DNA from: Guillardia theta CCMP2712 | Lineage: Eukaryota > Protista > Cryptophyta | Direction: 5' to 3' | NCBI RefSeq assembly: GCF_000315625.1 | Contig: NW_005434647.1 | Span: 608,936 to 672,935 of the forward strand | DNA length: 64,000 nt | Shown: one piece after another, positions 57,961 through 64,000 of the stretch | Layout of the letters: each line of letters begins with the position of its first letter | How positions within the stretch are numbered: the stretch's first letter is position 1 | Notes under the pieces: model-generated | The model's database searches: none | Told to the model about the DNA's origin: nothing | The model's input: only the letters and a program-made list of their open reading frames with translations | Program-made: the position numbers and the translations under genes

Positions 57961-58666
57961 GGAGAGGAGGAGAGCGAGGAGGAGAAGAGAACGCGTGTGA
58001 TTGGTCGTAATTTTGAAGATGAAATGAAGTTTTGAACATGATTCAGAACAACATTCCGAATTGCTCCTCCTCCTCCTCCTCCTCCTCTCCTCTCTCCTCC
58101 TCCTCCCTACCCACAATCAGTCGCCCTCCTGGAGATAGTACTCGCATGAAAGGGATAAAGCACGCGCTCCTCTACTTAGTCTCCATCACCTCGTGCTTCT
58201 TTCTTTCCAAATCTCTCCTCTCGCAATCCTCTCCCAAACCAGGAGAGAAGAGGAGAGCAGAGGAGAAGAGGAAGTGGAGGGGGGGAGGGGAGGGGAGGGG
58301 AGGGGAGGGGAGAAGACAGAGCAGGGCAGGGCGGGACAGGAAAGAAGAGGAGAGGAATGGAGAGGGGAGGGGAGGGGAGGAGAGGAGAGGAGAGGGGAGG
58401 AGAGGAGAGGAGGAGGAGAGGGGAGGAGAGGAAAGGGGTTTAGGGGAAGGGAGGAGAGGAGAGGGGACTGAGAGGGGAAGGGAGTAGGGCAGGATAGAGC
58501 AGAGCAGGGGAGGGGAGCTGCCCTTCTGGCCTGTCCCCTCCCCTCCCCTCCCCTCTGCCCCGCTCTCCACTCTTCCGCTTTTTCAGTCCCTTTTCCGCCC
58601 CTTCCATCCTCCCCGACAGAGCAAATTTTGAGGCGGCGCAGAGGAGGGGGAGGGAGGAGGAGCAAA

Positions 58667-58757
58667 ATGAAGGCGGCGACGACGATGCTCTTCATAACCT
58701 TGGTTCTATGTGTCTCCTCGTCCTCGTCCTCGTCCTCGCCCTCGTCCTCGTCCTCGT

Positions 58758-58791
<34 letters not shown>

Positions 58792-60026
58792 CTCCTCGTC
58801 CTCCTGCCCCTCCTCCTGCAAGCAGTCCGACGAAGAGGCGTTCATCCGTCCCGTCTTTCCAGCTCATGGCGGGACGATACTCGCGCACCTGCCCTGCTCT
58901 CTCCGCATCCTCGTTCATGCTGGTCGTCAGGTGGGAGGCCGCCATGTCCTCGTGTTCGTCGACGACGAGGAGCGAGCGAGCGCAGCTCTGCGCTCTGAGG
59001 GAGGGTGCGAGGAGGAAGCAACTATCACCCTTCCGCCGCTGAAGATCGGGAGGAGGAGGATCCGACTTGTACTTCAGCATGATTGGGACGAAGCTGGAAC
59101 AGTCCTGGGGTCAGACACGTTCGACCTGGTTGTGGTTGAGGAGGAGGAGGACGAAGCATCAGGTGCGGAGCTCGTCAGGTGGAGGAGAGCAAGGCAGTTC
59201 GTCCCGAAGCACGAGCTGGAAGCGAAAGCATGGAGGGCGGCAGGATATTACAGGAACCCCTTGACCTCTTCGTCCTCCTCCTCCTCCTCCTCCTCCTCCA
59301 CCACCACCACCACCTCCTCCTCCTCCTCTCCCGACTACGAGAGCACTCTGATCCTGGTCGTCTGCAACACGGGCTACAGGGAGCTGCTTCGCAACTGGAT
59401 GTGCAACGCTCAGCGGCTGGGCCTCAAGTTCCTCGTTGGGCTGGCGGACCCAGAAATCGCGCGGTGGATGGAGAGGGAGCATGGGGAGGTAGAGACGTAT
59501 CCTCTCTTCGAGCATGCAGAGGTCTCTGCCGAGGGAGAGTTCATGAGCTCCAACTTCTTCAGGATCGTGTGGAGGGCGATGGAGCTGGTGCGGGAGCTGT
59601 TGGACAGCGGCATCAGCGTCTTCTTCATCGACGTGGACGTTCACCTGCTGCAAGATCCTCACTTGTACCTCAGCAGCAACTGCGACCTTGTCTATCAGCA
59701 GAACCACTGCGGTGCCGACGCTCCTGCCCGCACTGCCATGGAGGTGACTGAGCCCAACTCCGGCCTGTACCTGGTCAAGTCGCGGTGGGCCAGCAAGCAG
59801 TTCCTGTCGGAGATCCTGCTCAACAAGCCGGCGGACAGGAAGAGCGGGGAGAAATACTCTCATGCTGAGAGAGTTCAGGTTCGATTCCTATCCTCCTTAT
59901 GCCCTCTCTCTACTTCTGTCCTTCTCCTCCTCCTCCTCGTCCATCTCCTCCTCCTCCTCCTCCTCCTCCTCCTTCTCCTCCTCCTCCTCGGTCCTCCTCC
60001 TCCTCCTCCTCCTCCTTCTCCTCCTC

Positions 60027-60062
<36 letters not shown>

Positions 60063-60754
60063 CTCCTCGGTCCTCCTCGTCCTCGTCCTCGTCCTCGTCC
60101 TTCTCCTCATTCTTTTCCTCTTCCTCTTCCTCTTCCTTCTCTTCCTCCTCTGCTGCTGCTGCCACGACCTCATACCAGCTCGCAGATCCAGTACTGGGAG
60201 CATCTCAAGCGTTGGTACGGGTTTCAACGAGCTGTCCTATCGCAGCTCCCCGAGGAGAACGACAAGGAGAGGAAGAAACATGTCGCCAAGTTTTGTGCTG
60301 CTGATTCACACAAGTTCGCGACCGGATGGGCCCTGGAGCGGTGAAACCACTACGATCCTTTTCCCTCTCCCTTCCTGCTCCTTTGATACCTCGACTACCA
60401 GCGGCGGCTGCTGTTTCAATGTTTCTGCCTGCCCCATCTCCTCCCTTTCCTCTCCTTCCGTCGTGCCTCTCCTTCCTTCCATCGCCTTCTATCCCTTCCC
60501 CACCTCCTTCCCACCTCCTCTCCCTCCTACCTTTCCTTCGTCCTGCTATCTCTTACTTTCTTTCTTCCTTCCATAACTCAAAGTCCTCAGTGATAACTTC
60601 TCGATTATCAAATCCGAAGTCATCGCCCTTCATATCAACTGCATCACTGGAAGGCAGAACAAGGTCTTCGCATCCGTTTTCAAACTTTTCCCGTCCTGAC
60701 AGGCGCTGAGAGCAGATCGACAAGCTGAGAAATCTGAGTTTGTGGTGCCCCTGA
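58667..60754 (+). CDS. Nucleotide-diphospho-sugar transferase (GT77 / Nucleotid_trans-like), secretory pathway
   Basis: Signal MLFITLVLCV; NTGYRELLRNWMCN; ELLDSGISVFFIDVDV (DxD); CDLVYQ; NSGLYLVKS; later exons FATGW, HINCITG, KLRNLSLW. Confidence 0.85.
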
Positions 60755-60869
60755 GATTACTGGTCAGCTGGGCCCCTCCGGACTCCCTAGTACAGCAGCT
60801 GGAGGTGCACTGAAGGAAACTCCCACACTCCTGCTCCTCCTCCTCCTCCCTCCTCTCTGTCTTCTTGTC

Positions 60870-61700
60870 CGTCGCCCGGTGACGGTGCCACCGTCACCGG
60901 GGCCGCGTCCTTGCCTCCGACCAAGTCGGACGGTCCGATCCTGACTGAGAGCCTGTGTGACGGGAGTCGCCCGGGCCGGGCCCCGGCCTCAGCAAGTACT
61001 GATCATGATCGGAATCGGACTGATCACTGAGTCAGCCGGCGGCTGATCCCGGAGTCGGTCTCCGGCGGCGCCGGGCGACCGTACTGAGAGTCCGGGCCGC
61101 CAGGCACCGCCGACGGTGCCACCGTGCCACGGCGGGGCCCGTCGGACTCCGGCGCCCGGCCCCGGCCGCCGCGCCCGATTCAAACCGTAGGCTATCCGGA
61201 GTTCAACCATTGTCGAAGTTTCTAGTACATAATGAGTCAGCACGCCGCGTGGTTCCCGGAGTCCGAGTCAGTAGCGGATCCTGATCTTTCACTTAACTTT
61301 GAGTAAAAGCGGCGGATCACGGGGACCGTACGGTAGTCTTACTATTGGACAGTCTCCGGGCCGGCCTGAATCCGACGAGGGCCTAAGCGGCAAAGCCGGC
61401 TCATGATGCCAACGCGGCTTCCGGCCCGCCCGGCCCCGCGGGCCGGGCGGCGGGCGGCGCACTCAGGCTGACGCAGTGAGACTCGGCTTCCCGGACAGGC
61501 TCCGCGATGATTGAGGTCACCAAGACAATGCGGGGCCAGTGCGTCGGCCCTGCCTACTGCTGTTCCGACGGTTCGCTGCCAGGTTTCATTTCCACGCCCG
61601 GCCGCCGGGCCGCGCGCCCGGCCGGGCCCCGGCCCCGGCCGGGTCCGATGGTCAGTTCAGTTTTAACCCCGGGGGCCCGGCCGAACGGTTACCAATGACT
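60870..61700. other. GC-rich, palindrome-dense intergenic island
   Basis: Same word content as 33240-33860. Contains acttaactttgagtaaa (61291), identical to the copy at 12088. Confidence 0.7.
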
Positions 61701-62448
61701 TTGTGCCAGTTGTCACCCTACCCCCTCATCTCAAATACCCCCACCCTCCTTAAGTTTCTGCACTAAAGTTTGATGTACCCTACCACAAATATTTCATAAT
61801 TCTATTTATATGTTTTATCGACCCCCTCCACAGAAGTAAATCTTTGTACCCCCCACCCCTCAATTCAATTACCCCCACCCTGTTTCTCAGCCGCCCTAAA
61901 GGATAATGGCGAGGGCGAGGGGAGGGGAGGGGGTTGGGGCGATGGGAGGGGAGAAGAGGAGGAGCGTGGGATGCAGACGATGTGAAATCAGAACGGCAAC
62001 CATGTGAGGAGGGAGTGTAGTGAATGTCTCAGCGAAGGAACACGTGGAGTGAGGACAAAAGGCACGTTGCTCGAGGGCAGGGAGTGAAATAGGACGGGAG
62101 GGAAGGAGTAGAAGTCCCTCCGGACATCAGCAAAGTGTTATTGAACCTGTGGAGTACCAAAATATCAACACATGATCAAGTTCCCCGACAAGTTCACCCA
62201 GAAATGAGCTCCTAGGGAATCCAATCAAACTCCAGGGGAGCTGTAGTTAGCCATTTTTTGTGATAGAGCCCTGAAAGGATCGGGAGCAGGAGGTAGATGA
62301 GAGATGAACAAGTTTGACAACGATTAGATGCAGATGCAGCAGCGATAGAGAATAAGAAAGGAAGGAGAACTAGGAAGGAGAACTTGGAAGGAGAACTAGG
62401 AATGAACGGGAGAGGAGGGTGGGTGACGCTTGCTCAGGAGCTGAAGAG

Positions 62449-64000
62449 ATGAAGATCCGGATACGAATGCCTGATGGGAGGACAGAGAGGGTTGAGTGCC
62501 TGGGCAGCGAGACGGTCGAGACGGTGATGCAGAAGCTGAGGGAGGCGGTGGAGGGCGCGGGGAACGGGAGTCTGCCATCGGGCTCCTTCCTATCCTTGAA
62601 CAAGAAGGATGTGTTGGGGGCAGACAGGCTGCTGAGTGACTGCGGAGTGTGCGGAGGAGATCTCCTCTACTGCCTCTCAGCAGCACAGACGACCTCCTCC
62701 TCCTCCTCCTCCTCCTCCTCCTCCTCCTTGTCCTCGTCCTCCTCGCCAGCGGTGGTTAGAGGGGAGGGAGAGGCTGGACTTCGGCCTGCTCGCAACTTGT
62801 TTGGCCTTCCTACAGCAGCTCCGACGAGCAGCTCGGAGAGAATCCACGAGGACACGCGAGGGAGGAGGTGGACGGAGGAAGTTCAAGTCACCAGCCGCTC
62901 GCAGGGAAGGCCAGGGGAGGTTGCCGTCCGGTCGCAGCAGGGCACAGCAGAGGAGGAGAGGCTGAAGAGGCTGAAGGCGATCGAAATGAGGAGCAGCAGG
63001 CAGATCGAGAGAAAGAGCAGCGAAGAGATGAAGGTGGATAGTATGCAGCTGGACAGCGCGACGTCTAGGACGAGGGTGGGGGAGGTTGGGGCAGCGAGCA
63101 AGGAGGAGGAGCTTGCTCTTTGTGTGTTTGCCGTGCTGACTGCCATCGGATTCGGGGATGGAAATCTCAGAGAAGGGTCAGTCTATCTTGTTTCCCCATC
63201 TCCTTCTCCTCCTCCTCCTCCCTCGCCTCCCTTCCCCTCTCTCCCCTCCATCTGCTCTTCTCATTGCTCTCTTCCACTGTCCTCCTTGTCCCTCCCCTCC
63301 TCCTCTCCTCGCATGTTCCTCACCCTCTCAGCAGGTGGAGAGGTAAGAGTTCAACCTTCTCCTTCAGCTTCCCTGCGGAGCGAGCTGGGTTCCCCTGCGA
63401 ACTCGCAGTGAAGTGCCTGAGGATGAGAGACGAGTTCATCGTACATGCTGCTGTCGGTGAGCAGCTGCGAGGAGGAGGAGAGAGGAGGAGGAGAGAGGAG
63501 AGAGGAGGAGGAGAGGAGGAGGAGAGGGGAGAAGAAGAGAGGAGGAGGAGAGAGAGAGGAGGAGAGAGGTAGTGGTGGTGGTGGAACGGAGGAAAGGTGT
63601 GAGAGGCTGGAGCGAAGCAAGGAAGAAGAAGACGAGGATGAAAACGCGGCGAGGAGAGATTGGAAGAGGAGGAGGAGGAGGAGATGGAAGGCGAAGGAGA
63701 TGAAGCAAGATGAGTGGGATATGGAGAGGAACAGGGGATGGTAGCAATCCAATCTCTCCTCGCAGTAACTGGAAGGGGCAGGAGATCAAGTCAGGACCAG
63801 GACTCAGGTAACCGTTAGCGCAAGGGCGGCAGAGGTGAAGGAAATTCTCACGGATAAAATGAGAGTGGATGTACGTTTTCTCCTCCTCTTCCTTTTGCTC
63901 CTCCTTTCCTCTTTCTTATCTCTCTCTTCCTCCTCTTTCTTCTCTCTCTTCCTTCCTCCTCCTCCTCCTCCTCTTGCTCTTTTCTCCCTTCCCCCCCCCG
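62449..64000 (+). CDS. Ubiquitin-like + FP-domain protein (FBXO7/SKIP22-like), 3' truncated
   Basis: MKIRIRMPDGRTERVE..LSLNKKDVL..LSDCGVCGGDLLY; ELALCVFAVLTAIGF; CELAVKCLRMRDEFIVHAAV. No F-box is seen inside the window. Confidence 0.65.

Overview
Eukaryotic nuclear DNA, gene-dense and intron-rich. Many short (~30-60 nt) GT-AG introns with CTGAC-like branch points occur alongside longer introns filled with polypurine or polypyrimidine microsatellites, and there are four assembly gaps. Three genes carry a signal peptide followed by an aromatic +1 residue (bipartite plastid targeting), which points to an alga with a red secondary plastid. The intron and intergenic style suggests a cryptophyte (Guillardia/Hanusia-like; inference). 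Recognisable genes: a signal-anchored WW-domain protein, a giant intronless S8 subtilase, an Atg22/UMF1-like MFS transporter, a large Sfi1-repeat protein, RRN3, stromal processing peptidase, a Zn-finger + PH protein, a 53-aa small ORF, a plastid-targeted INSIG-family protein, a Myb/SANT + Tudor protein, DUF3110, DUF4504-like, a MORN-repeat protein, a GT77-type sugar transferase and a Ubl/FP (FBXO7-like) protein. I saw no RNA genes, CRISPR array or intact transposon, and no clear multi-gene novel system. The most unusual items are (i) the subtilase, in which two unknown modules each occur twice, inserted inside other domains, (ii) a recurring two-part intergenic layout (palindrome-rich GC island plus ACCCC-rich block), and (iii) the codon-biased 53-aa peptide gene. 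Spliced gene boundaries were worked out by eye and are approximate. Family assignments come from motif recognition, not database searches.
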